A stretch of 64,000 nt of DNA. It comes from Camelus dromedarius. Taxonomy: Eukaryota. The stretch lies in assembly GCF_036321535.1 (NCBI RefSeq), contig NC_087436.1, forward strand, positions 26,910,001 to 26,974,000, written 5' to 3'. Positions 13,821 through 27,269 of this stretch are shown here, piece by piece. Each line of letters starts with the position of its first letter. Within the stretch, counting starts at the first letter, position 1. The notes under the pieces were generated by a model. That model ran no database searches and was not told the DNA's origin. It worked only from the letters and a program-made list of their open reading frames with translations. The position numbers and the translations under genes were made by a program.

Positions 13821-14715
13821 GAACTAGTCTACTTGCTATCTCAAAGAAACTGTAAAATTATAATACTCACAAGTTTCAAGTGTTGGAAACCATTTCAGGC
13901 AACCATACTGATCTCTTTCCAAATAAATGAAGAGATTATTAAAGAAAATAGCACTCATAAATGCTGTCAGAAGAATATTAGAAACCTTATCTTCATGTCA
14001 AGTATAAATCAATCCTTTCAACATTTGTATCTTCCACAAATCTCCAAGGCAACACAAATCCATCAAAAGTAATAGCATCAGTAAATGCCTGGAGGGCAGA
14101 CATTTTATTTTGTAGTTCCAAAGAGGAAACTTCAAGTGTGTAAGAGAAACCTGACTTACTCAGCACTGACAAAATAAGACAAATAAAAGTTTTGTATCTT
14201 CATGCTCTATTTCAGATGACTAAGTTTCTCTGGCTTCAAGCTCTTAGTAGGTTTAACCAGATGTGTCACTGCTCTCATCGCCTGCTGTTTCTGGAAGAGG
14301 TTTTATTGCTGCTCCAGATGTTTAGTTTTGCTAGCTCTGTCCATCATGTGCAGCCTGGGTCTCAAAACTCTGAATCATTTTATACTAATGGCTGCAAGTC
14401 ATTTGTTTATTTGAATTCCAGACACTTAATTCATTGTTTTAAATAGTGTCTAAGTTTTATTCATGAATAAAAGGCAGCTTGAGGAGATGAAAGGAACAGA
14501 ATTATAAAAATAAATTGTAAAAAAAATGTATTAGTCCACAATTATAAGATGATAGCGTTGGAGAAAATTGAGACATTCTAATGGAAGTCTTCTTATTTAA
14601 ACACAGAGAAATGTCTCATGCCAGATTATTCAAATTGTTAGTTGAAACAAGATTAAAACAAGTTTGCTTAAGTGGCAGTTTTGGGGAATTCGCACCATCC
14701 CACAACTGTCTGACA

Positions 14716-14792
14716 CAGGGGTTAACAAACTATGGCCCATGGACCAAAGCCACTGTTCTGCCTGTATTTGTATGTACATTTTTTATTGGAGC
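14716..14792 (+). mobile_element. MER58-like hAT-Charlie fragment
   Basis: caggggttaacaaactatggcccatggaccaaa...ctgcctgtatttgta...tttattgga resembles the MER58A 5' part. Confidence 0.6.
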
Positions 14793-14879
14793 AAACTGTT
14801 ACGGTTGGAAAGGTCTATATAGGACATTTAGTTCAACACCCATTAAATGAAAAATATCTTTTATTCCATTTCTGCAGAT

Positions 14880-15190
14880 GCTTATTTCGCCTTTGCTTAA
14901 ATAAATCTACTGAAGGAAATTAGAGTATTTCTTGAAGCAGTATATTCTATGGATGGACAACACTGTTAGATGGAATAAAGATTTATGTTTTGAATCAGAT
15001 TTGATATTTGTAAACTTTACTGATTATAGTCTAGTCTGCACCAAATACACATGCTTTACATGCCAGTCTTTCAAGTGATTTAACTTTTTACATGGTAAAT
15101 CACATAATCCTTCTGTTCCCTAGGAAAACATATTCCATTCAGTCTCACTGCCAAACCACTTAACATCCTGGTCATATTCCATGGGTCCTA
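14880..15190 (-). mobile_element. L3/CR1 LINE fragment
   Basis: ctttgcttaaa...gaagcagtatattctatggatggacaacactgttag...acatgccagtctttcaag is colinear with recalled antisense L3. Confidence 0.45.
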
Positions 15191-16668
15191 TCTTAACTGG
15201 CGAGATTTAAAATGTAAATGTAGCACCCAGAATTGGAAAAAGCCCGACTCTGTACAATGTATATTCTTTCAATAACACAGGAAAAGTTATATCTTAATAT
15301 CTCCGGATTATGGTGATAACACGTCACATGGTAATATTGTAAAAATAAGGTTAGTTAGTATCTTTTGTGCTCAGTACACGGACATAAACATAATAGGTGC
15401 TCAGCCAACATAAGTTCTTTCTCTAGACTTTCCCTTTCTTTTTAGGAATTGGTTTGAAAGTAAAAAAATAGACCATTTGCCTTGTTCCAAAGTAATTCAT
15501 ATTCTATTAGGGAAGATTAGTATCCAACCAAATAATTGCAATGCAGCAAAACAAGTTCTGTATTACAAGGTCCTAGAAAACATAGGAAATAAGTTTTAGA
15601 ATATGAAGAATTCATGTGAGTTTTATGAAACAGTTTAGTTTTAATAATATATGACCTTTCTTAAATTCCTAGACCAGGTAGCTTAAAAATTCATTTTGTA
15701 AAGTATTTCAGAGTGAAAAAAATCAGTTTTTTATGTCTTGCTCAATAAATATTGTGTTGTCCCTGGGGTCTAATGAAAATTGTATATTATAATCATTTGT
15801 TTGATGACAGTTTAAGTATAGCTTAAGACGTAGAATGGCTTTTTGATGTGGCTTCCAGCAGTTTGTGAACTCATTCTTACAATAATTAAATACCTTTGAA
15901 AGTGGTAATAGCTCTTTTAGATTATAGTTATTCTTGAGACAGGTAGAGTTATTTGCTTAGTATCCAGCATCTTTAAACAGTTAATGAATTTTTCAAACAT
16001 ATTGAACATATTGTAAAATTATGTTCTTCCATGAAAGAGATGGCCCCAGTGGCAAATCACCGTCTTATTATTTACCAATTACTATTTCCTTAAAAAATAC
16101 TAAGAACTACATTTGTATGTAATAGTTATTCCACTTATAAAGGTGGGATCCTATGAGGCTGACTGAGTGCTTTATTTGTATCAGTTACCTTCAGGGAATG
16201 GGAGAAAGTGACCAGGAAGCAAGGAGGGAGGGATCATAATAGGTGGAAATTGCTAATTTAATTCCAAAAACTATTGATTATTTTGTATATTTCATAATAC
16301 CCGACCAAATCACCGAATCTTTTCTATTTATCTATAGAACTTTTGATAATTTTCATCATGGTTGGAAACTTCCCCAAATCAAATAGTAATACTGGCTGTT
16401 AGTGTAGAAAAAATATAAAACCCTATAAGGTATTATGTTAGAAAGGAGAATATATCGAGCCAAAAAAAAAAATCAATTATATAATTTTCTGTGTTTTATT
16501 GCAAAATTCCTACTTTTAATTCAATAATTGTATAATGTTATATATTAACTATAATAAACCTTCAATGGTTGGATTATGGGAATGTGTGGGGTGTCTCAAA
16601 GGAGAATCCATGCAACTGATACGGTTGATGTTAACTTTGGGGCACAAGAAAAATACCTATATGTATAT

Positions 16669-16940
16669 CATTTATATTTGATAGTAGGAGTTGGGGTATT
16701 GACCCCTGGACAGTTGAAAATCCCCTTTTAACCTTCCAGTGGGCCCCTAAGCCATAGTTTTGTTTTCATGGATTCAACCAACTGCCGATAGCATAATATT
16801 GTAGTAGTAACTAGTATAAAGAAAACACTAATTTGATAAGATTCATCCACCCCAATATTCATAGCACCATTATTTACAATTGTCAAGATATAGAAACAAA
16901 CTAAGTGTTCATCAATAGATGAATGGATAAAAAAGATGTG

Positions 16941-16971
<31 letters not shown>

Positions 16972-17440
16972 TACATACATACATACACAATGGACTACTA
17001 TTCAGCCATAAAAAGAACAAATGTTGCCATTTGCAGCAATATGGATGGACTTGGAGGGCTTTTCGCTAAGTGAAATACATTAGACAGGGAAAGACAAACA
17101 CTGTATGATATCACTTACATGAAATCTAAAAAAGTACAACAAACTAGTGAATATAACAAAAAAGAAGCAGACTCACAGATATAGAGAACAAACTAGTGAT
17201 TACCAGTGGGGGTAGGGGGCAATATAGGGATGAAGCAGTGGGAGGTACAAACTATTGGGTGTAAGACAGGCTCAAGGATGTATATTGTACAACACAGGGA
17301 ATATAGCCACTATTTTTTTTAATAATTGTAAATGGAAAATAACCTTTAAAAATTGTGTAAAAACAAAAAAACCCCATGTAAGTGAACTTTGGTAAGTGTA
17401 ATGCACGCAGTTTAAACCCATGCTTTTCAAGGGTTAACTG
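16669..17440 (+). mobile_element. Tigger1a-like TcMar MITE split by an L1 insertion (parts ~16669-16815 and ~17366-17440)
   Basis: cagttgaaaatcc and ggattcaaccaactg on the left; gcagtttaaacccatgcttttcaagggttaactg followed by TA on the right. Confidence 0.7.
16818..17371 (+). mobile_element. L1 3' end fragment (artiodactyl-type 3'UTR) with an internal (TA)/(CA) microsatellite
   Basis: ORF2 C-terminal sequence (atattcatagcaccattatttacaat...ctactattcagccataaaaag), then a 3'UTR ending aacctttaaaaattgtgtaaaaacaaaaaaa. Confidence 0.9.
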
Positions 17441-17529
17441 TATTAAAAATCAAAATGGCTATAACAATACTATTCCCATCCTCAGCATGCATTACAATAC
17501 TTACTTCTCAACTGAGTGCCAGATAACAA

Positions 17530-17635
17530 GAATTCACAGATAAAATATGAATCATAGAGAGGTCAAGTGACTTTCACATGGCCACACAGTATGTCAGAGA
17601 TAGAACATAACTACATATTCTTCAGATTCCAAAGT
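17530..17635 (-). mobile_element. MIR fragment
   Basis: acagataaaatatgaatcatagagaggtcaagtgactttcacatggccacacag matches antisense MIR core. Confidence 0.6.
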
Positions 17636-18049
17636 GAGGGAAAAAATTATCCCAAGTAATTTTCCACTTTTAAGAATGTATTTAATTTCTCAACCATGGA
17701 AAATTAATTAATTTAATATGAGCTTATAAGATTGGAAGTGCATCAACTTTTATATTAATAGGACTTACCTTTGAATTATAGGATCAATGGCACATTGTAT
17801 TTTTTTATATCCTTCTGTATTTTTTCGAGTATTCTAAATGGATGCTATTTTTTACTAATCATGAATATAAAATGTATAAAATTTGGAGTTGTTTCAACAA
17901 GGAGACAGACTGAGAAAAATATTGGTTATAATTCCATTACTGAGACTAATAACAATATTTATGATCAAATAAAAAGAGACATTCTTTCCTTTATTCTGAC
18001 TCATGGTACTAAACCTTTTCCATTCCCATATTAAAATAACTACAATTAT

Positions 18050-18845
18050 TTATATGAGGAAAATTTGGCCAATTTTAGAAGCAAGTATTGCATTATTGAG
18101 AAATATTGCACATTTGGTCTTTTGTGAATGAATATATTAATAACATAATCTAAAAAATATATATTTAAGGCCATTTCTTTGGTCTTGAACTCCATGAACT
18201 GATTTTGAGATAATAACCTTTGTCAAAGTGTATTGACTATATATGTCAATCTTCTTGCCTCTTAATTCTGTTCTATTGATGTATATACACAACTTTACTC
18301 TCATGCCATGATTTCTTATTTTCTGTGGAATTTTCGTAATCCTTCAAATCAGTTACTGTAAGTCTTTCAGCTTTGTCCTTTTTAGTCAATATTATTTGGC
18401 TATTCAAGTTCTTTGTAATTCATATACATTTTAGAATCAGTTTGTAATTTTCTATGACAGTTCTACTGAGATTTTGCTTGCTTTACATAAATCTATAGAA
18501 AATTTTGGTGAGAATTAACATTTTAACAATATTTAATTAATAAAATATTAATATTTTAATAATATTAAAATATGATTCAGATATTCCTTCAATTCTAGCA
18601 AGAATGATTAGCAGTTTTTGGTGTACAGGTCTTGGACACATTTTGATAAATTCATCTCTAGGTACTTTATGATTTGGGTGCTATTTTTAACGGGTTTTTT
18701 TGATTTTCAGTTTCTAGATGTTTGCTCACAGTATATTGATATATAACTGATTTTGTATATTGACCTTACTTATGTCCTGAAATCTGTGAAAATTGCTTAA
18801 TAGTTTTAATGATTTTCTATAGATTCGTAAGGACTTTCCACCTAG
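18050..18845 (-). mobile_element. Ancient L1M ORF2 fragment
   Basis: ttctgttctattgat, ttttagaatcagtttgt, aatctataga...ttttaacaatatt and actgattttgtatattg are colinear with the antisense ORF2 at 38320-38910. Confidence 0.75.
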
Positions 18846-18847
18846 AT

Positions 18848-19077
18848 ACGAGTTTCTCCATAGAGGTACTGTTGACATTTTGAGTGGGATAAATCTTTGC
18901 TGAGAAGAGTTGTCTTGTGTATTGTAGGATGTTCAGTAGCACCACTGGCCTGTGCCTAATACATGCCAATAAACACCCACCAACTGGACAATAAAACTCA
19001 ACCATAAATGTTTCCTGATATTGCCAAATGTCCTTGGGAATGGGGAGGGAGGGAATCACCTCTGTTGAGAACCACTG
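18848..19077 (-). mobile_element. MER20 hAT-Charlie element
   Basis: ctgttgacattttg...tgtaggatgttcagtagc...ttgccaaatgtcc...gttgagaaccactg matches antisense MER20. Confidence 0.9.
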
Positions 19078-20778
19078 ATGTAGACTATTATATTTTTGCA
19101 AATAAACTACTTGAATAAAAATATCACACATTTTACTTCTATGTCCCTATTCACCCAGTACCAGCAATGCATTGTTATTACTTCTGTAACCAGTATATTG
19201 TTCATTATACATTATGTTTTAGAGAGTTTTTTTTTAAGAGAAAGAGATTGAATGAGAGAATTTCATAATGATACATTTACTCACTTTTTGACCATTTCTG
19301 GAAACTTTGAATTCCTTTAATGTAGATCCAAATTTCCAGAGTATCACATTCCTTCTGCCTGAAGAGCCTGTCAGAAGACAGATTACTTTGGTTGCTATCA
19401 GTATTACAGCACCTTCCTGATTGTTTTGGTTAGGACTTTGATACAATATGGCAACACTCTGAATAAGATAATACATTTGGTAGTGCTTCTTTATGGCACA
19501 GTTTTTGACCACTACAAATAAATGCATTAAGAGATTGCTATTGTTTTCTAGAAGGAGTTAGGCACTCAAATTTTATGTGTATTAAAAGTGAGAATTATTA
19601 TAATAGAAGTGGCATTATTTGTTCTTCTTGTAGTAATGAATTTAGATAACTAACAAGGCAGAAAAATTATTTTAAAGAACATCCACCCTTACTGCATATG
19701 GTGACTGCAGATGGCCAGCTAGCGGGCAAAATCAAATCCAAGCAGTAGTTTCAAAGAAGCTTTTGAATTTCTGTCCTCACCCAAGAGTGGATTTCTGCAT
19801 TCTAACTCTTCTAGTATGGAGAGAATATTGGCACCGGAACATTAACATCAGTTTCCTCCTCTGGAAATCTCAGGAAAGGGAAAAAAAAAAAAAGACAACT
19901 TTGATCTGCAGAGTTTTCAGGACAGTAAAAATGTGGTTGCTTTGAGAGCTGAAAGCAAAAGACTTTAAGGTTTACGGAGATGGGTATTTGGCTTATCCAA
20001 AATGATCAACTGTTTCGTTAGTATTTACATTTGGCCTATGTTTTCTCCCTGTGTTCCTAGAGGTATAGTGGGAGGGAAACCTTCAGTCAGGGATGAAGAT
20101 CTTTGTTGCAATAGACAGGATGAGGGTTCAGAATTCTTTTATTTAACCAAAGTAGAAATAATATTCATATTTTAGTGTTTTCTGTGGAGTTTTCTTCCAG
20201 TATAGATTCTAGTTAAACATCTATATTTGCTTATGAAAAAAGCAGAAATACAAATAAATTAAGATAGGGATATAAATGAATGAATGGACAAATTAACAAA
20301 TTCATGCTTCCTTTATACTTTATCAAAGCAACAGTAAAATCACAGCTATGGTTTAGATAACATGTATTTATGTTGACATGTGTTAATATATTTTCAAGGC
20401 CATTTCCTGGTTATCAAAATTGAATAAGAATAGCTGGAAATGTAGCCTTATTGATTCTCTGATAACCAAATTATGTATCAGTTTTGGAAAGACTGAAGTT
20501 AGAAGAACTTCATTATCTGGAGTAATTCAACATGATCCCTAGAAATAAGAGCAGATTTAAAGGAATAATTGTAATTTTCCCTCTCATATCTCTTTTAACA
20601 TGGAATGGCAGTATACATTTTTTTGCCATTTATAAGAATCTCTGAAGGAGGCATGTCAAAAATACAGCTCCATGTCCATCCAAAAGAATCTAATTTCACA
20701 GGTCTAGGAATTTATGCTTGCATCACATTGTTTTCCTTTTTTTTTCTTTATTATTTGGGCATATGCTCCTCTTCTGCC

Positions 20779-20815
20779 TACACACACAAACACACACATA
20801 CACACACACACACAC
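20779..20815. repeat. Imperfect (CA)n microsatellite
   Basis: Read directly from the sequence. Confidence 0.9.
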
Positions 20816-21593
20816 CACCAATGTTAAAAGTCTAAAATGTATTGTGAAATGTATTTTCTCATCTTTTCTCCACGACCATAAAATCATACAAAAACATACA
20901 TAAATATGAATATATGTAGATATATGTATATAGGGATTTTGAGGGTTTTCCCCCCAGATTGATATTTTAATAAACACATTTTCTTGCATTTTACTTTTTG
21001 GTCATTAGTACCTCATGAAAATCACTTCAACTGTTAGGACCTTTAATTATTTCAGTGGCTCTACAGAATTCATAGACCATGTCATAATTTATTCAGCCAT
21101 TCTAAAAATTTTCAGCCGCAGAGCTAGTAACTGAGCCCACATTATCAGCTCCTTCTTAGCTTCATGAAGGGCAAGGAAAAGTAGTCACATGTTAGCATTT
21201 CTACCAAGACTACCTACATCTGAAAGATCCAACTTATTTTACCTCTGTACAAGCCTCTACACAGCACAGTGTGTAGTGTACAATAACCACAGTAATTTTA
21301 TCTGCCAAGACTCCTATGAAGCCCAAGATATCATTTAAAAGCTCTGCATTGCATTTTGTTGCTCTGGCATCAGCACAACAGCAAGAATCGAATCATTCTG
21401 AGTCATAAATTTTGTTTTTGTTTCTTTCATCCTACAAGGTCAGATAATAACTAAATCTAAGCTTCATTATATTTACATTTTTGTTGATGTCATTTTTAAT
21501 ATCTATGATTCAGTTGATTTGAGTTAGATTTGTCATTGCAGTTGTCTTTTTTACATTTTATCTATTTTTATCTATCTTAATTTTTGATTTTTT

Positions 21594-21772
21594 GTTTGTT
21601 TGCTTCACACATTTACATCTGCACATAACTAGGGGACTTCATGATGTACCATTCAAACCAGCACACTTTGAGGAGGAAAAAAGGCAGCATTCGTAATTTG
21701 GCTTCAGTGACAGGTGTAATCTTAGACTGTCTGGGGTAAACCTACATCATGGTAATTCCTAACTTCAAGCAA
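21594..21772 (+). repeat. Dispersed direct repeat, copy 2 (MER81-like core plus shared flanks)
   Basis: About 90% identical to 4545-4724 by hand alignment. Confidence 0.9.
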
Positions 21773-24700
21773 CCACAGTTTGGTTCAAGAGAAGCAGAGA
21801 GAGTTCCATTCATAGAGGAGGAATGGGAAATCATGTTTAATCTGAGACCTTTCTGGAATTCTTTTGCCAATAACAACCATCTTATCAAGCTTCCTGGGTG
21901 TTCATATTTCATACAGTCAACATTTTAATTTGCATCACAACTATCAAAAAGTATATATGATGCAGAAGGAAAGTTGGGGGTACTAACTTCTACTTTAGAA
22001 TTCTCTCATGGTTTCTCTACCAGATAGTCACTATGCACTCAGGCACTTAACTGTTTTTCCTGGCATCTGAGATGTGTATGCCAACATTTTATTCCAGGAA
22101 AATGTCGGCTTTTTTACTACACAGATATCTTCCATAAAAATTAATATTTAACCCTACCCTAGTGAGAGCTGAGCTCAGTTATAAAGAAAACTTTAGAGTA
22201 TCTTTTTCCCCCTACTCTACTAATACTCACCACATAGCATAAGAAGGAGTCAGTCAGAAGAATGGTTCCTTTTTGTCTTCACCTGTCCATTTCGATTTCA
22301 GTCAGTTCTCCAAGATTCTCATCCTCGGGCTCCAAGATGTCAGTCTCCTAAACACATCAGATAGGGGAGAGTTAATTTTTCATGCTACTACTGATTGTGT
22401 TATTTTGTTCGCCACATAAGAGAGTTCAGCTACAGCTGGAATGATAGGAGAAACTTTATAAATAAAGATAGATTTGAAAGGCTAAGTTCTAGGATTTAAA
22501 ATTTTATAAAAAAAAATCCACAAGTTAATGGATCAAGGTGTTTGTTTATTTTCCCAGGAACAGAAAAGCTGGACAGTTTTGTGTTCTAGTATTTGGGAGC
22601 CTGTTTCTTCTTCTTGTCTTCATGGGGAGGAAGAAATCTGGGGCTCTGTAAATTTTGCCTGGGAGTCAAGATGGGAAAGGTAGTTTGCTCTTTAAGCATC
22701 CCATTGTCTTCTCTCCCCTGCTGTTCCCCAGAGATGGTGTACTGATGACACCGCAAATTACATTTACCTTGTTTAAAATTTTTGACAATTTTGCATGGAA
22801 AATTTATCTCTTGCATGTAAAATATGTGTTATGTAATATTACTCTGATTTTAATCTGTTAGCTGTATTTGCAATTGTCTCCTTTGACTTTGGAGAAGTAC
22901 ACAGCTAAGAGGCAGCAGGTACTGAACCCATTTCATGCAACTCATACATACATTTGATGTTTTTACTTAGACAAATGCACTAAAGATTATAATCCTATTA
23001 AATAAACCATTAAAACAATTAAAATCAATACTCCCCAAATTATAGTATTTGTATATGTCATTAAATATTGGGATTTTATCAACTGAATTTCATAAAAATC
23101 GTGAGATATGTTACACCTAGTTCACCCTTCAGTTTCTACCCATTCAGCAATGTCAGCATTGAATCATATGTTGACAGAATTAAATTTGTTCAACTTCCAC
23201 ACTAAGTTTATTTTCCATTATTATTAATATGTATTTTCTGAGCTTTATAAATCCAAGAAATATTAGCTGTAAATGTGAAACCATTTGCTTCCTCCTGGAA
23301 CATAATTCACTGTTTCCTTTCCATTTTCTGGTGTTCTGACCCAGGTCATAATACTCTTTACAACAGACTCTATTTTCAGTCTGCTAGAATTCAGGGACAC
23401 ATCAAGGTCAAATTTTGCAAGCAAGGATTTAGTTACATGTTTCAGTAACTCTTGCAGAAGCGATAAGCTATCTGCCACAGCACACTTGTGGTTCTCCAAT
23501 CTGATGTGGCACTCAGGGGACAACAGCTTTTGCTACAGATAGGGAAGGCCTCCCAGGACATGGAGCATTAACTCCTTCAGTTTATTTTTTGTAGCAAAGT
23601 ATTTCAAAGTGACAGGAGATAAGAGAAAGTGAAGAAAATATTACTGTTATACTTCCATGTGCTTTATGCAAGGTAAAGTATAACAAGAGTTATTTATGTA
23701 AGAATTGTCATTGATTACTAAAATGTAATGTCATTGAAGAGGATTCTTCCATCTGATGACTTAAAAATGTGAAAAAAAATATTGCAAATGTGAACATACT
23801 TATGTTCACAGAATTTTCAATTTATTCTGAGATGATTTTTGTTACTTTGTGCATTCTCATAGACCAGGGTATTCCTATGGGCCTTGTCATGTGGAGCATG
23901 AAGAAGATACCAAAGTAGTGCTAGTGGGATCAAACTTAAAATATAACCCATGGCAACGGTTTTCCTTAGCTTCATAATTTTCAAATAGATAATAAATATT
24001 TGAGACATTAGACGGAAAGAAGAAACTGGTAGCATGGTCTGATGTTTAAAATAGCCCTGAGTTCAGTAAACATGAATGCAATTCCTTAAAAATGATCTGC
24101 TTTCCATACTCCCAAATCTCAAGTTGCATCTTGCCTTTTGGTTCTTTCTTTTCCTGTTAAAGTGTGTCAAGTGAAAAAATTTAACCAAGAATCCTTAACT
24201 CCAAAATCTGTTTTTTCTCTCTCTCAACTCTCCCTAGGAGAAAATATGTTATATGGTTGTTCAAGGTGTGTGACCATCTTACTGGGAGAGAGTTACTAGC
24301 TTTAGTATCAGAAGATTAAAATTTGAGACATCTGTAATTGTTCTTGTATTCATCTTTAACTGAATCTAAGTTTGCATTGCCATAACTTCTAAGGCCTTCC
24401 TCTTTCCATGGAAGAAGCTAGTCTCCCTCTGACGTGACATTTTACCCATATTTGGTCATAGTTAATGAGAAGGTCCCTATGTATCCTTGAGATTTTTCAC
24501 CATTAATAATTGAGAGTTCCAATCCCTTTTCCCCTATGTAATGATTTCCTCAAATTTAAAACCTATATGTCCTACTGTTCACAGTTCTAAGCTTTGAGTC
24601 ATTATCAAATACCATTAAAATCAAGTTAAAAATATAAAATAATAACCTTAAAAGAGAGAGCAACTGGCATTTTGTTATTCTCATAATTCTATTTCTCATA

Positions 24701-25846
24701 TTTTGTGAAACAGTAATTTGGGTATCCTCAAAAATTCACTGAAAAATCTAGTACCTATGAAATAGGGAAGCAGTTACAAGGGAAGTAGGTGAGATAATAC
24801 AGAAAGTGAGTGAGAATCATTTAAGGGAACTCTAAATAAAAAAGCAAAACAAATTTCTATAAGCATGGCAACAGACACTTTTTAAATTAACGTAAAGGAA
24901 ACAAAATCATCCTTTTCCTCTATAATACTAATAATAGACTCAGAAAAATCCAAAAGATTTTTTGATAGAATATGAACTGAGTAAATAAATTCCATGGTGG
25001 AACGAGGGCATGAAAGGTGACCAGACTAAGCACTTTACGCTGCAGCAACATGTGATTCACATGCGTATTTGAAAATCTGTACATTATTGGCATTATTTAC
25101 CCTTCCTAAACTATTATGATTAAGAATAAAATTGAAATGTATTCATCAAAAATACACTTGTAATATAAAACTGTACCTTCAAAATTAGAAAAACTACAGA
25201 AATCAACACCACAATATGCTCCAAATACTTGTAGCCATGTCCTTGCTAGGTGTTTTTATTGGGCAGAAAGAATAGGCATGATCAGAGTACTTCAGGTGAG
25301 ACCACCTGCTCTACTAAAAGGGACATTGCCTGGTGCTCAGCCAGGCTGAAAATAATAAATTTTAAATTATTACTATTAAACATTAATAATTTTAAATAAT
25401 AACTATTACAATTATTATTATTATGACATTTTTATTTTCCTCATTAAAGACAGATTTTATAACAATACTCTATGATGAGGAAATAATTGGTAGCTTGAAT
25501 TTTTAATTTGAAAAGCATGTCATATATTTTCCCCAAATTAAAATAGAACTTTCTGAATACTTCCCCTATTATATGTGAAGTGTATTCTTAATTATTAAAG
25601 CCCATGTAAATAACTATTTTAAAAAGCCTTAAGTAGAATATTAAATAGTTTTAACAACTAAGAATGTAATTTTTAACAATTAAAAATCAAACTAAATTGC
25701 ATTAACTAGTGAAGCAAATAACTGGAGTGTTAATAAAACAGGTTGACATAGCAGGTAGACAATAAGAGTAAGGCTTCTTTATCTTCTTATATGAGAATCT
25801 TTAAGTGCAATGAATTAAGTAATTTTCTGTATTGCCTCTATGAGCT

Positions 25847-26030
25847 AACACAAGTGAGTAACTGGACTTCTTATTCCATTCAAGTTTTGACAGTAATGTG
25901 ATTTGACAAGCAGGCAAAGGATTATTTTTCTTTGCCCAGAGGCTATTGTCTTTAAATACATGTTATTTCTAAAGGTTTCACAGATATATTTTAATTTAAA
26001 ATTTTACCAGGTCTTTAATTTAAAAACTAG
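25847..26030 (+). repeat. Diverged local direct repeat, copy A
   Basis: Colinear blocks shared with 27890-28063: agtaac, cttat, ttcaa-ttttga, aggcaaa, tttttctt-gccca, gcta-tgtcttta-atac, gtctttaatt. Confidence 0.7.
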
Positions 26031-27269
26031 TGTCATAAAAACAATGAAATTGTCAATATATGCTTTTCAATCAAGTCAATAGCTAAGGTCAAGAAAAGTC
26101 ACACAGGAGGCATACAGAAGTTGAAAAAGAGTAGATTCTTGGTGCAATCAGTGTCCAATTTTCAGGTTATGTCTGATCATGATTAGTTTATTAAGCATGA
26201 AATTTCACATTCTTCCTTTGGGGCCACGGTTATGGATCATATACTTAGTGTTAAATATAAAACTACGATCCTTCAAATGATCTACATTTTTATCTCGTAT
26301 TTTCAATTTTGTCATCAAATGTTAAAAATAAATTCTACAGTTTGCCTTAAGAATGCCTGAATACACATTTCAAAAAGAGCCTCATTTTTCTGTTCCTAAA
26401 TGGAGCGTGAAATATGTCAATATTTTATTAATGAACAATCTCTACTAGCAGATTCTTTAGGAGAGATGTATGCCATACTCCAATAATCCACTGATTCTTT
26501 CATCTTTTATAATGCACTATTTCTTGTTAGTCAAGATCTTGATGAAGTTTTTTGAATCTCAAATGTCTTAGGAGTCTAAGATACTGATTTAAGAGTCTAA
26601 GAATTGTGAAAATCCTAATGCTGTTCCATGAAACTCAAGTTCCTTTACCTCTCTTTTTGTGTCAGTTATATTCTGATACTTTACAAGAGGTGCAGAGTTT
26701 TAAGGTGACACTTGCCTGCTAGGCAGCAACTGGGATCTTCACACAGTACAGGACAACAATCATTATTTTAACTTGGGTAGGCCTGTTTAAACCTTTCTTC
26801 AACTCTGAAAGGCATACTGCTTTTCATTTTCCCAGGGTGTTTTTATCTTTCTTATTATACAATAATAAGGAATGAGCAAGTCACTGAGGTCCTTCTAGGA
26901 GAGGACTTTCAAAGTGCACACTGCAATTCATTAATGATTGTGAAATCCATGTAGCAAGGATTTATAGAGTTTGGAAATCAGAATGATTTGTTAACTTAAA
27001 ATAAGAAAGAATGAACTAAAATACAAAATTAAATATTAGAAGGCATCAACCAAAGAATATATTGATTTTGTGAATTCTGGGTCATAATATAAAATACATA
27101 TTTTCAAGTGGTCAGTAGAAAAACAGAGAAAAAGGCAAAGCCTCCGATCTGGAACATGTATGAAGCAATCTAGAATATGTGCTGAAAAGAACTTTTCATG
27201 CGTGCACACATACACATAAACACAAAAAGATACAAGAATACTTTCAAATTTAAAAAATTCAATTGAAAG

